From assembly GCA_051362555.1 (NCBI GenBank), contig CM120641.1, positions 45,576,401-45,640,400 on the forward strand: a stretch of 64,000 bases of DNA, read 5' to 3'. The DNA is from Lingula anatina (taxonomy: Eukaryota > Animalia > Brachiopoda). The notes under the pieces are model-generated. The model saw only the letters and a program-made list of their open reading frames with translations. It was not told the DNA's origin and ran no database searches. Both the position numbers and the translations under genes were made by a program. Of this stretch, positions 11,537 through 23,172 are shown one piece after another. Position 1 is the stretch's first letter; every line of letters begins with the position of its first letter.

Positions 11537-11691
11537 TGTTTTTAAGCAGTCACCTGTTTATTTATATATTTATTCATCTGTCGCATATGTCAATGATTTG
11601 TGTCCAGAAATTTATATGTTTTTAAGCAGTCACCTGTTTATTCATCTATTTATTCATCTGTCGCATATGTCAATGATTTGTGTCCAGAAAT
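11537..11691 (+). repeat. Tandem duplication (~75 bp, 80-bp period) covering the exon 4 splice acceptor
   Basis: tgtttttaagcagtcacctgttta...tgatttgtgtccagaaat at 11537-11611 and 11617-11691. Confidence 0.9.
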
Positions 11692-11853
11692 AGCGGACAA
11701 CCTGACCTGTCCAGTGAGACCGGCTGCTCGGACGTCGACCTATTTCTGCTAACAGTCTACGTTGCTTTTGGGTTAGAGTTATTCTACGTTGCAGTGACGT
11801 TTACGGGGACCATGCTGAGTGCGGCGTTTGGCACGAAAAACTGTTGCTATCGG
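11688..11853 (+). CDS. MS4A-like exon 4
   Basis: ccag|NSGQPDLSSETGCSDVDLFLLTVYVAFGLELFYVAVTFTGTMLSAAFGTKNCCYR|gtgaga; TM4; phase 2 matches exon 3. Confidence 0.78.
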
Positions 11854-12237
11854 GTGAGAGACGTGTTGTACATGAAGAGGGGAATGTGGTGAGAGTTGGT
11901 GGGTAGAGGCTGGGTGATTGGACGCAGCTGAAATAGTCGCCCTGCATGACGATTGAATCCGGGCGATTCTTTATCTAGTAGTTTCATAACTGCCCAAAAA
12001 TGAAAATGCTTAACTCGTGTTTTCATCCTGGCTCGGTTATTTGTATGTCATAGGTCCAGATATTCTTTTATTAAGATATTTTAAAAAACTCTGAATATGT
12101 AAATCACTTATAAGACCCCCTATACGTCAATCTACGTAAATCTGAAGCATTTAAATGACTCTTTAAAAAGGGTTACATTTATTAAGCTCCATAAAACGAA
12201 CCAACTGAATATTTAGTACCGTGTCCTTTATTTTCAG

Positions 12238-12426
12238 GAAACTTGCTGCTTTTGCTTGAGTAGAAAAGTTGCGTATGACCTGGAAAACAATCGAGCAGAC
12301 CTTTCCAGTCTCGAGTCTATCACGGACATTTCCGTCGTCGAGATGGGTCCTGACGCCTCGCACGAGATGGCAGAGAAAAAGGGGCCACGTGCACGTGAAA
12401 ACACACTAGAGACTTTGTTCTATTGA
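12238..12426 (+). CDS. MS4A-like exon 5 (terminal)
   Basis: ttttcag|ETCCFCLSRKVAYDLENNRADLSSLESITDISVVEMGPDASHEMAEKKGPRARENTLETLFY-TGA; in frame; AATAAA at 12697-12702. Confidence 0.75.
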   Translation, partial: ETCCFCLSRKVAYDLENNRADLSSLESITDISVVEMGPDASHEMAEKKGPRARENTLETLFY

Positions 12427-13646
12427 GTTCGTCGACATCGCTCTGGTGAACCATCAGTTGAAGCTGCAGCGGTAAAAATCACTGAGGAGGCTGCATCGTC
12501 GTCACAGTTGCAGACTTCATTCACTCACAGACATTTTAGGCCTAGAAATAGATACAAAAATGTGTATATTAAGTCGAGAGTATCAGTAGAAGCTCCTCTG
12601 GTAACAGTTCTGTTGCCTAATCTTATGGAGATGAAACTTTGACCACAAATGTCTACTTCGGATATTGGGAGGGGGGTCTGTGGAGGTTAAATGGTTAATA
12701 AACTTATAATTCGTCTGGTTTTAATGATTGACTTCTTATGAAATGCACATCTAATATATAAATGAAAAAAAAAGGCGTTCAACACATAAAAGTATTACTT
12801 AATGCTTGGTATGATTCTCACCAGGTCACTGAATTATGCACGCGAGTCCAGGCCTATTATAAAGCACATATACTTCAACATTTCACCTTACGAATATTTT
12901 CTGCCCCCCCCCCCCCTACCCCCAGTACGCCACGCCATCATGTCCATTCCACGAATTTCATGTCGACGCGCCTCGCCGAAAAACATCATACGTGATTTCA
13001 AATAATTTTGCGTTGGTTCCATGCAGGAGGTATACTTCATTGATTGGTTTTGAAATGCAAGATCGTGATCAGAATCTACAAAGCAACGTATACAATTAAA
13101 CAACTTCACTCATAAAAAAGCAAGTCGTAGGTTATGTAGGCCTACACATGTCACGAATATTCGCGTAATAAGGCTTACTCGTAATACTGAAAATACTGAA
13201 TCGTGTAAGCGATGATATAGGATATGTCTGTCTTCAGAAAGGTTTATATTAAAGTTACGCTTACTTTCACCAGGTATTTAAAAATTTTAATCTCACATGA
13301 AGACATGGAAAACCGTCGAGGCATTTTGTAAGTATTGTGCTGGTTTGCATATTTAGGGATAAAAGAACAAGCACGTGAATTACAATTTATACTTTTGCAA
13401 CCAAACCAATGCACAGACACTGTGTCCACCAGCTACTTGTCCAAACCCGCATTATCAATGCCACCAGTCCAGTGGATGACCATAGGGAAGTGGTACCGGT
13501 ATATTGGATATAAAGGATACTTAAGGCTGCGTCGCCAATATCTTCTGGATAATAACTTTTATTTAAACAAAAAATATAAATGACTAACCGCAAACCCAGA
13601 ACGTGTCAGTGTGTTTAAGTGTGTATGTATATTGATTGCACGTGTA

Positions 13647-13649
<3 letters not shown>

Positions 13650-13686
<37 letters not shown>

Positions 13687-13701
13687 TGTGTGTGCGCGCG
13701 T
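13650..13701. repeat. (GT)n microsatellite
   Basis: Direct reading. Confidence 0.95.
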
Positions 13702-14007
13702 GTTGAAGTATGATCTTTTGAATGTTCGGCTGAGAATGGGATTTCCTACATGTACTTACCGGTAGGACCACATAATGCATTTTAAAGGAGCAGATAACTA
13801 TTAACGTGGCTGTTATAAAAACGCCAAACAAAAGCAGCTAAACGACTAAAGACTGTTCTCAGCATACCGTTGATAGAAGTAAATTAATTCTCCTTTCCCA
13901 TTCTGATGTCGTGTGATTTACAAGAAAAGCTGGCGTTTTAATGTATTGGAATACAGAAGAAACACATTTTCCAAAAAGTGAAGCCTCACAATATATTATT
14001 GCGGTCC

Positions 14008-14283
14008 CATACTGTACACGATATACTGTATTATTGCGTGCACAGCATGGTCAGTATAGGTCTCATACTGTACACGATATATTGTATTATTGCGTGCACA
14101 GCGTGGTCAGTATAGGTCTCATACTGTACACGATATACTGTATTATTGCGTGCACAGCATGGTCAGTATAGGTCTCATACTGTACTCGATATACTGGATT
14201 ATTGCGTGCACAGCATGGTCAGTATAGGTCTCATACTGTACACGATATACTGTATTATTGCGTGCACAGCATGGTCAGTATAT
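14008..14283. repeat. Minisatellite, ~5 copies of a 56-bp unit
   Basis: catactgtacacgatatactgtattattgcgtgcacagcatggtcagtataggtct starting at 14008, 14064, 14120, 14176 and 14232, with few substitutions. Confidence 0.95.
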
Positions 14284-16585
14284 TATTACTTGAACAGAAT
14301 GGACACATTGGCCATCTGTAACCCCTCCCCACCCCCACCCCCCAATGCAGATATCGTGCCAAACAAAATCTTGTGTGAGATTTTTTGTTATATCGTGCGT
14401 GCCATTTGTAGCCATATGTGATTTTGTCGTCTACCACACCATCTGTTGAAGTTTTCCCATGAAACGAAAATGAACAATTTGTTCTGCAGTTCATCAACAT
14501 ACCGTAAACACTATATGCCTTTAAATGCTTTGATTAGAATATGTTCTTTGCTGTTATACATTTCATACATGCATGCATTTGATAAATGCCCAGATGGTAA
14601 AGAACGCGCACGCGCGTGTAAAAGGTTTTCAGTTAATTGTGTTTTCGCGTTCTTTTGTGTATTTTTGTATAATGCACTTCTTTACAAGTCTGATAAAACT
14701 TTTTGAAATATATACTTCCCCTGTTATTATTTCTATGTATTTATTTATTATCAATTACAGTCATTCAAATAGTACCAAATAAGATTAAATAATTAATAAA
14801 GCCAGCAAATATTCATCATTACGTTTCTAATACATGAGCTTCTGAGATTTATTCGAAAAAGGACTGCGGTAACGAAACATGTATCAAAACCATCATTGCT
14901 CTCGCAGATATTCAGTGTTCTCAGACTTTAAGTGATCGACAAGTTAAAAACAGGAACCATTTTGGAGTTATACAAAACGTGGTCAGTTTTTGTCGCTCTT
15001 TATGCCATGTTGATACGCAAATAAAAAAAGAACGCAGGATGAGAAATTAAACTCTTGTCTATTTATTACAAAATGTCTCTGACAGTACATATACAACCGT
15101 GACATCGTTCAAGCTAGGCTCGAACTTTGACTTTCCAGATCTTTGAGACGCGCGCGAAACGTTGTCTTTTATTTTTCGAACATCGACACATTTTTCACCG
15201 ACCTTCGAGACATGCTCAGAATATTACGTTTCTGACTTTCTAGACTGATCGATGAATATGTAAAAAAAATTCGGGTCACGCAACGTATTTGGTATTACAA
15301 TATCTGAGGTTACCCTGATTCCCAAATCATCCTGAGTTTGTTTCTCGTTACAGTGCGAGTAGCTAAACAAGAAACAAAAGTCAGATAAACTGTAGAATTC
15401 AGGGTGCTAGATGGCCATATTTTTTCTCACTCAAACCACTGTCAAAACAATCCTTGTTTCCGTGAGTAATATAAATCTATCAAGACAACAAAGTTACACT
15501 CAACATAATAATTTATACTCATTTGTAATATTGATATTATATTGTTAATAATAAGCCAACAAAGTGTAGACTCTGAGTCGACAGTGACTGCCGTGATATG
15601 AGCCAATGTAAAAACAATAAATTAAAAATAAATTATATATAAAAATTAAACAACACAATCTGCTATTGAACAGTGACTAGAAGCGCTCACAAACACAACA
15701 CGTTTAAAAACAATTTCACTCATTAAAATAGAATTAAGTAGACTTGTGCGTGGATGGCGCCGAATAACGCAAGATCTCGCGTGATCTTCCAAACAGATAA
15801 AGTGAACAATTAAACGAAATCACAAGTAGAAAATTCCACATTTCATAGCAATGTTTCATCCCTTAGACGTTTTATGGCACTTGAAAGCAGCAATGAATAA
15901 ACGCAGACAAAAATACCCCTAGCGTTCTCAAGCCGGCGGTTACCAAATACTACAATAAAAACACCAGCTAAAGTAGAAATAAATGCATAAAAATACACCA
16001 TGAAATGCAATCAAAAGCTAATTGACAGATTAAATAAAACTATTGCAATACGGATAATACTATATTTGTTCATTTTTGGCAAGTTTCTGACCAATTTTTA
16101 TAAAAGAACACCACCACGTCTGGTGATATGTAAGTATCGCTTAATAAAATAATGTAAGTATATATGTCATGGACAAAAATCCTTGGTGGAAAACAGATTA
16201 AACGCATGCAGAACAGTAATTTCCTAACTTGTTGTAGCTCGTTATTTGGTAGAGACATATGTGAGGCGCATGCTCAGTGTAATTGGACTAATGTAGGTAA
16301 AGGTATCGCCTCTTTTTTCAGGTGTTTTACAAATCGTGAAAAATTGCTACTTATCCCATCACAAAGACTGGCCATTAGAAATAAGAAATCTACATTTTCA
16401 ATTTTAGAAATCTTCAAAGAGATATCCTTGCTGTCCGTTACGAACTCTGACTTGTGATTCCGACACATATGACTGGCATACCATAGCATGATATGAGACA
16501 CGTGATCCGCCGCAAGTAGGTCATTCGAACTACGCGCGGTTCCAGTATGCTTTGAGTTGTCTTTGTAATGCTGTAAACAATAGGT

Positions 16586-16845
16586 TCATAGGGGCAGCTG
16601 GTTGTTGAGATATAAAGAATCTATAACTGAGGGCAGACTCAACTCCTTGTCTTCTTTTAATGCAACAAACCTCTGTACACCTTCTCGGCAAAGTGTTCTT
16701 AGTTCAGGAATTACACCGAGGATTTTAGAGAAATACTGTTGCTTCTTCTGAGCTTCGCTGTTGTATGTGCTGTGGTCACGTAGAGCGTCAATGACTTTCA
16801 TCTGTAATTCTTCCATCTTTTTTGTCTCCTTAAGACCATGGCGTT
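16586..16845 (-). CDS. NR4A: NR4A/HR38 nuclear receptor, terminal coding exon (LBD helices 9-12)
   Basis: tag|(E)RHGLKETKKMEELQMKVIDALRDH...YFSKILGVIPELRTLCREGVQRFVALK...LPSVIDSLYLNNQLPL-stop; NR4A-type ERHGL motif. Confidence 0.95.
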
Positions 16846-17126
16846 CTAAGAAGAAAAAAATTCACATGTTAAATATGAAAAAATAATGATTATGGTGTAA
16901 GACGTGTGCCAGAAAATTACAAAGCAAAAAGTTACATCGAATAAATTTTATTTCAAATTGACAGTAAATGCCGCTTACGTACACCAAGCGAAAATGTTCG
17001 TCAATCAAACTTCTTATATAAAAAGCGATAACTAATTTTCTTAACAAAGTAAACCTAATTATCTTTCCGAATGAAAGGAAGAGGGAGTGGAAGTTGCAGA
17101 TAAAGAACATGCAGTCAATAACTTAC

Positions 17127-17305
17127 CGGTTATCATGGTAAGAGCGGCCATACACGAGAGAGCTGAAATGTCAACGTCCATGCGGTGGAGGGCCATGCCG
17201 AAATCCACTATAGAGTTGATCCAGTCGCCAAAACTGGGTAAACATTGTAAACGATGTAAAACCAGACCCGAGCAGAATATAATTCTGTCATCATTTGGCT
17301 GGATT
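17127..17305 (-). CDS. NR4A: NR4A exon (LBD)
   Basis: (R)IQPNDDRIIFCSGLVLHRLQCLPSFGDWINSIVDFGMALHRMDVDISALSCMAALTMIT(E)|gtaagt; 179 nt; NR4A motif FCxGxVLHRLQC..FGxWI. Confidence 0.96.
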
Positions 17306-17694
17306 CTAAAAGAAAGAAAAATATAAAAAATAAAATTAAAAAAGAACAAAAGACTCCACATAATTCAGACACTTTGGAACCGCCAAATTAGTTGCTGTGA
17401 TTCGAGTTAGGCAATATTCATATCAATTCAACTAACACACGCCCACACACACACACACACACACACACGAACCTTTAAGATTCGTTAAAGAAAAACGACA
17501 ATTCGCATTATAAGGCGACGTCTTATGCAGTCTGCTGTATTTAGAATGTGTTAGTGAACTTTGGTTGTTTGATTGTATTCAGTGCTTTAGATGTTACATG
17601 CGCATTGGCGTGTTGGATACTGCTGTTTTTCCTTTAATGCCACAAAAAAGGCAAACGAAAATCGTATAGTATATATACCAGTAAATGTTTAATC

Positions 17695-17734
<40 letters not shown>

Positions 17735-17870
17735 AGTGTGCGTGGTTGTAACCTGTAGCATACCTCTTACAAACATCCGCTCACGAATTAGAGAATGTAC
17801 AGCATGAGGTCAATAAAGAAACACAAACAAACGAACTGACACGATTTAAGAGGTTTGTCTGAGCACTCAC

Positions 17871-18079
17871 CTGGACGCTATTCTAAGCACTACGAGCTCT
17901 AACGAAGCTGAGTTGAAAAGAAGCTCCTGATCGTGTTTACAGAGTTCGGTAAATCCGGGAATTTTTTCCGCCCAAACTCGGAGAAGATCGATGGAGGAGG
18001 TGATGAGCTCGAAAAACTGCGGCAAGTCCAACTGCGCATGCGTTGTCAGCTGGTGATCTTCTCCTCCAGGGACGCGGAA
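17871..18079 (-). CDS. NR4A: NR4A exon (LBD helices 3-5)
   Basis: tag|FRVPGGEDHQLTTHAQLDLPQFFELITSSIDLLRVWAEKIPGFTELCKHDQELLFNSASLELVVLRIAS(R)|gtgag; 209 nt; WAEKIPGF signature. Confidence 0.96.
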
Positions 18080-18220
18080 CTAAAAAAGTGAAGGAGAAAA
18101 AAATCGATAGTCGATTGATTTATTAGAATTCTCTCCGATTGGGTATATGATTTATTTTCTTATAATGACTTCATACCAATTCGATATTCTGAAATCGTTA
18201 TTGATGTTTCTTTCTTTCTT

Positions 18221-18254
<34 letters not shown>

Positions 18255-20328
18255 GAGGGGTGGGTGGGTATGTGAATCGCAGGTTAGCACAATCGAAGTG
18301 TATAAGGTTTAAGCTAAATAAAAGTGTGGATTACTTAGAATAATATAAAAAAAAGAAAGAAAGATGGCTACAGAAGTATTCAATATAAAGTTGGTTATAA
18401 AGAAAGAGTTCGAGGAAGGTTCTACCAAAGTCCATCGCGGTCTGGTTTTGGAAAAAGTCACATGTACACATCGTTAACAAGTTCTGGCGACTGTTCTAAT
18501 TGTGTGTACGTATAATTGCAGTGAATATTACAGCAGACTTTGACAGCTTTTGAAAGGTAAAATATGTTATTTACTGTAAACAATTTATTCTTATATAAAT
18601 ACAAAGACAAATTACCCAGGCAATGTGCGTGTTCTCAGTAAAAAGTGTGATGGTCGAACCTTCAATGTAGTGTGTACATATATCAAATAAATTATCGAGG
18701 TGTTTGTGTTTATGGGACCAACGTTCCTTCATCGGTATCATTTGTCCACCAAGAAAGCGAGTAAACATTCTAGTGACTATTTCGATCTACTGTTTCTAAG
18801 CCTAGATTGCGCTTCAGTCATCAACAACGTACGCTTTCCACTGATCCATTTTCGCATTCAAATTCACCAAACCAATTGGCCGTTAAACAAGGGAGCACTC
18901 CGTCTGCTGTTAATTCCCAGATCTAAAGCGATATTAGTCCAAGCTAATGAAGCAGAAATCATATATATCTCATTCTGACGATGTCAATATGCGAGAGTAA
19001 ATACAGCCCATCTGTAGATTAGAAATCATTCTGCAAGATCCTTTGACAGCCTAACCGCCGACTGGCAACGGCAAAGCAACACAAACGCGATCTGCAGAGC
19101 AATTTCGCCAATTCTCTAAGCACTCTTCGTATAATTGATTGTCTATTATCGAGCGTTATTAGTTAAATGATGTATTCAATCTTCGCTCCCGAACGTGTAA
19201 ATTGGGATTAATTTCAATTTATTTGATTTCCCCGTATGTTGCGTGAAGTGCCCACGCTTAAAAAGAGGAGGGAGTCTGTTGGCCGTGTGAGTATTCTTTC
19301 CTAAGGCGCTGTTTATTTAAAGAGTCTTGTTTGATGAATAAGATGAACTTAAAACAACCAAGCTGACCGTTCAAAGAGTGCGATCTTCTCTTTGCTGTAT
19401 GTTGTTTGCTAGTGATACAATGTACGTGTAGGCCTAGCGTCCTCATACTTCCTTTGTGCTGGCCTCAGATCATCATCAAACAATTCATTGCAAATTGAAA
19501 TAAGGTCACGTACAACACACGCTGCACACACGTTGCACTGAGTTCACTGTGCCTCGAGATAAATTTCCCCCACTTTAAAACCCGTTTGAGAGTCACATCT
19601 TTGATAATGTAGGCAGACAAAGACGTGGCAAACAGGCACAGTATCCCAATGGCTAAGGGCTACTTTGCGGCAAAGAAATTAATGTTCCGCCATTAAAACG
19701 CCTTGCTTTAGCGCCAGCTCTTAAAAGTAACCAAAGAGGGAACATGGAGATAGAATAAAATGGGGCTTCAAATGTTGATCGGGCATGAATTTGAAAAATT
19801 TAAGACATTTCTTTTTTTTTTTTATTTTTTTTTTTTTTTGCACTCAAACTGTGTGTATCACACCAACATTTCAAGAAACAATTCACAATTATAACCATTC
19901 GGTTCATGTTTAGGCCGCGACCGTCAGGGTGCATGGTTCAGAATCGGCATGATATGCACGTGTCTGTCATGTCGTAATCGCACTGTTTGTCTTGAAAGAT
20001 TTGGTTTTACAAGCTTTCAGTGAGGAGTGGTATTCTTTCAATATTGTAAACTTGTGATAAAAAGAAGTGAAAAAAAATCAAGGAGAGCAGATGTGATAGG
20101 ATATGCAGCTGCAATAATTTTGTCATTTTTCAAAATATTAATGAAAACATGAAAATCTGGACACAGATGTCTTATAACTTAACTGGTCATGTACAAAAAC
20201 GTGTAGCAATAACTACAAAAAAGATCCCAAATTATTTTGTAACGTTATTAATGCTTACGCACGTGCATTCAAAAGCAGAATTTGTTTAATCAAGCAACAA
20301 AGCGGAATTAATGAACAGAAAAACTAAC

Positions 20329-20489
20329 CTGAGAGTAGTCTAGAGTTGGCATGTCCGGCGAGGTATCCACGTGCGCGCGCACAAGGGCGGTAATGAGGCT
20401 CACAGGCGGAGAAGGCGGGGATTCTTGGGGGCTCTTTGGTTTTGATGGCAGACGACCGCGTCTCCCTTTAAGATTATCTGTTCGCACAA
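20329..20489 (-). CDS. NR4A: NR4A exon (T/A-box C-terminal extension and hinge)
   Basis: cag|(V)[53 protein letters not shown]|gttag; 161 nt; [11 protein letters not shown] is diagnostic for NR4A. Confidence 0.97.
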
Positions 20490-22114
20490 CTGAAACGAAA
20501 TAAGACGAATAAATAAAAAGAAAAAAGCGACGTGCAGTGATATCCTCAATTGTGAAGTTACTGTAATACTAAGGCAAATTATTTACAATGGCTGAAACTA
20601 TAAAAATAATGATAAAGCACATGTATAATTATAACTACCCGGTATGTATTATATCTAAAACAAGATAAAAAATTAAAAAATGCAAAACAACTTGAGAGAG
20701 AAGAAGGCAAGAACTTCGTAAGCAGTTTCGACCACACTATTACTTTGATAAATCTTGATAGTTCCTCCTATCAACAGCTAAAATTAGAGTTATTGGTCTC
20801 TAATATGTCGGTGTTTGCCAAGACCAACTCAGGGAATGTGGCTATAAATGCTGAGGTGAAAAACCAAGAACTGAGATTTATCTAATTCATGCTTTGGCAA
20901 GTGCCCTTGCTTTCTAATCATATTCACGGTTTATTCGACGTTTTCCAGTTAGAAAGAAGTCTAAGCGCCATGAGCTGGGTAATGCCATACATCCAAGGGA
21001 GAGGGCATCAAAAAGTGAAAGGAGAATCAGACTGGAAACCACTGGAGGATTTAGGACTTTGGACTGAAAATTTTACTATTATCTTTAATTCTCTCTGAAG
21101 ATCCTTTAAAGCTAATGGAAAAAAACGTTTGCAACCAGGATGTTTCAGCTTTCAGGCTGGATATGCTTCGATCTACGAGGGAAAAACTCAACATTCAGTG
21201 GTCTGAATACTAAAATCCCCAGGGAATTACCTCAGGGGACAGGAATTAACATAGAAGACTAATGAGAGCCCAACATCGATAAACCTTCTCCGATTTTTTT
21301 CGCGAAAAACTAATACCAGAGACTCGTATTGATTACGGCTTTGACATATTTTCTCGCCATTTCTTAAGACGGGTCATCCTCGAGCTGACCAGGGACGAAA
21401 GGGAAACATGTAGTTTGTTTAATGAAAAAATATATCCATTTCAACTCAAGATTATCTGATGATCGATCGATCTGACGAGTTCTATTGCCGATTATTTGAA
21501 AGACATCTTAACTCTCCAAAGTCACGGTTAAGGCACCTCCAAGAAAAATACCTCCCACACGTGCGTATGCCAAGCTAACTGCCTTAACGCCCTTTCAGCC
21601 GTTTGCAGATGTCAGAGAGCAGCCTCAGAGCTCAATGTTTGGAGCAAATCCTAAATCACATAAACAAGCGGATAACCTTATGTTGCGTCTACTCAATATA
21701 TATCAGTATATATATAGTGAGTCTATGTCTATAGGCCTAACCCAGTATGTGGATGCACAGCACGGCAAAAACAATGTATTGAAGAATACTGCGGACTTTG
21801 AGATAAAAAAGAAGTGGATCAAAAGAAAATATTTTGGCAACCAAACCAAATCAAATGCTCTGCCCTAGCTTGTGTCTAAGATTAATTCCTACAGAAAACT
21901 AGTGTGTGCCACAGAAATATTTCAACTCCTCTCAATACCATCACCATAGGACCTCCCAGTCAACCCATCAGCTAGATTGATGTTAATAATACTCGATCAA
22001 TAACGAATTTCAATAGCTACTGGTCCACATGTTACATAGAACGGTCGTCTGTTGGAAGGAGGCATGGCAAAATATAGTTGATGGTGATGCTCCTTTTTTC
22101 GTGCTACTCATCTT

Positions 22115-22162
<48 letters not shown>

Positions 22163-22179
22163 GCACACACACACAGAGA

Positions 22180-22213
<34 letters not shown>
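22115..22213. repeat. Compound microsatellite (CT)n(CA)n(CG)n(CA)n(GA)n beside the zinc-finger-2 donor
   Basis: Direct reading. Confidence 0.95.
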
Positions 22214-22220
22214 AACTCAC

Positions 22221-22350
22221 CCTCTTTGACCATTCCCACCACAAGGCACTTCTGAAAGCGGCAGAACTGACACCTGTTGCGCCGCCTTTTGTCCACAGGA
22301 CAACTCTTGTCTCCCAGACACACGTATTTGGAACCTTTCTGAACCGTTCT
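22221..22350 (-). CDS. NR4A: NR4A exon (second C4 zinc finger)
   Basis: cag|[43 protein letters not shown]|gtgag; 130 nt. Confidence 0.97.
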
Positions 22351-22796
22351 CTGAAAATAAAAAGAAAAATCAACGCGGCCGTCAAATTTAAAGGATGTCA
22401 CTGCCATTAGTAATATTGTTGCCAAGCAACCGGTGGTGTTAAATCGGTAGGTGTTAAACAGCGGGCTAGGTTGTTAATTATGGCCAGTCGCAGGAGCTTT
22501 AGTTTGTGGATCTATGCTGATAGTCTGTGGCATGGTAGAAAAAAAACAAGGGAAGGAAGAGGAAGCGCCCATATCCTGTGGGGTCTGTACATAGGATGAT
22601 ATCATTTTTAAGAAAAGTATGCAATTAATAGCAAACACGTAAAAGCTGTATTTAAAGTTCAATTAACCAACATGCACTTTTGCGCCTTACCTCAACTTAA
22701 ATTATTTTCATAATTCACTCATGCATCCCCAAGTAGTTCACTCAATAACATTAGTTCTGTCTCGCTCTCGTTTTTTCTTCTCTCACACACGTCTCT

Positions 22797-22843
<47 letters not shown>

Positions 22844-22930
22844 TTACTATAGGCAATTAATTAATATAAAAAAAACACACGCACACATTTCCTGTAGGCA
22901 GTTAAATTATAAAAACACACACACACACAC
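22797..22930. repeat. (CA)n plus imperfect ~45-bp duplication
   Basis: cacacattt(a/c)ct(a/g)taggca(a/g)ttaa..ataaaaa..cacac occurs twice. Confidence 0.7.
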
Positions 22931-22982
22931 TTTCCCAGTACTCTCACATCTTCAGATCAACAGTCCTATTCTTGTGTCTTAC

Positions 22983-23172
22983 CTTAAAGAAGCCTTTGCA
23001 GCCCTCACACGTCCGAACCCCGTAATGCTGACATGCTGCATTGTCCCCGCATACGGCACAGCATTGGCTCTCTTTGGGCGGAGGTACCATGTCCCTCCCG
23101 GGGGACGAGCGGGTGGATGAGGGGGTGGGCGGGGTCGTGGGAGAATGCATTTGATATTTCTGTAACTCTAAG
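22983..23172 (-). CDS. NR4A: NR4A exon (first C4 zinc finger, P-box CEGCKG)
   Basis: cag|[63 protein letters not shown]|gtaaga; 190 nt. Confidence 0.97.

Noticed and set aside
14008-14283. CRISPR-like regular repeat
   Set aside because: Units are contiguous with no unique spacers, there are no cas genes, and the context is eukaryotic: a minisatellite.
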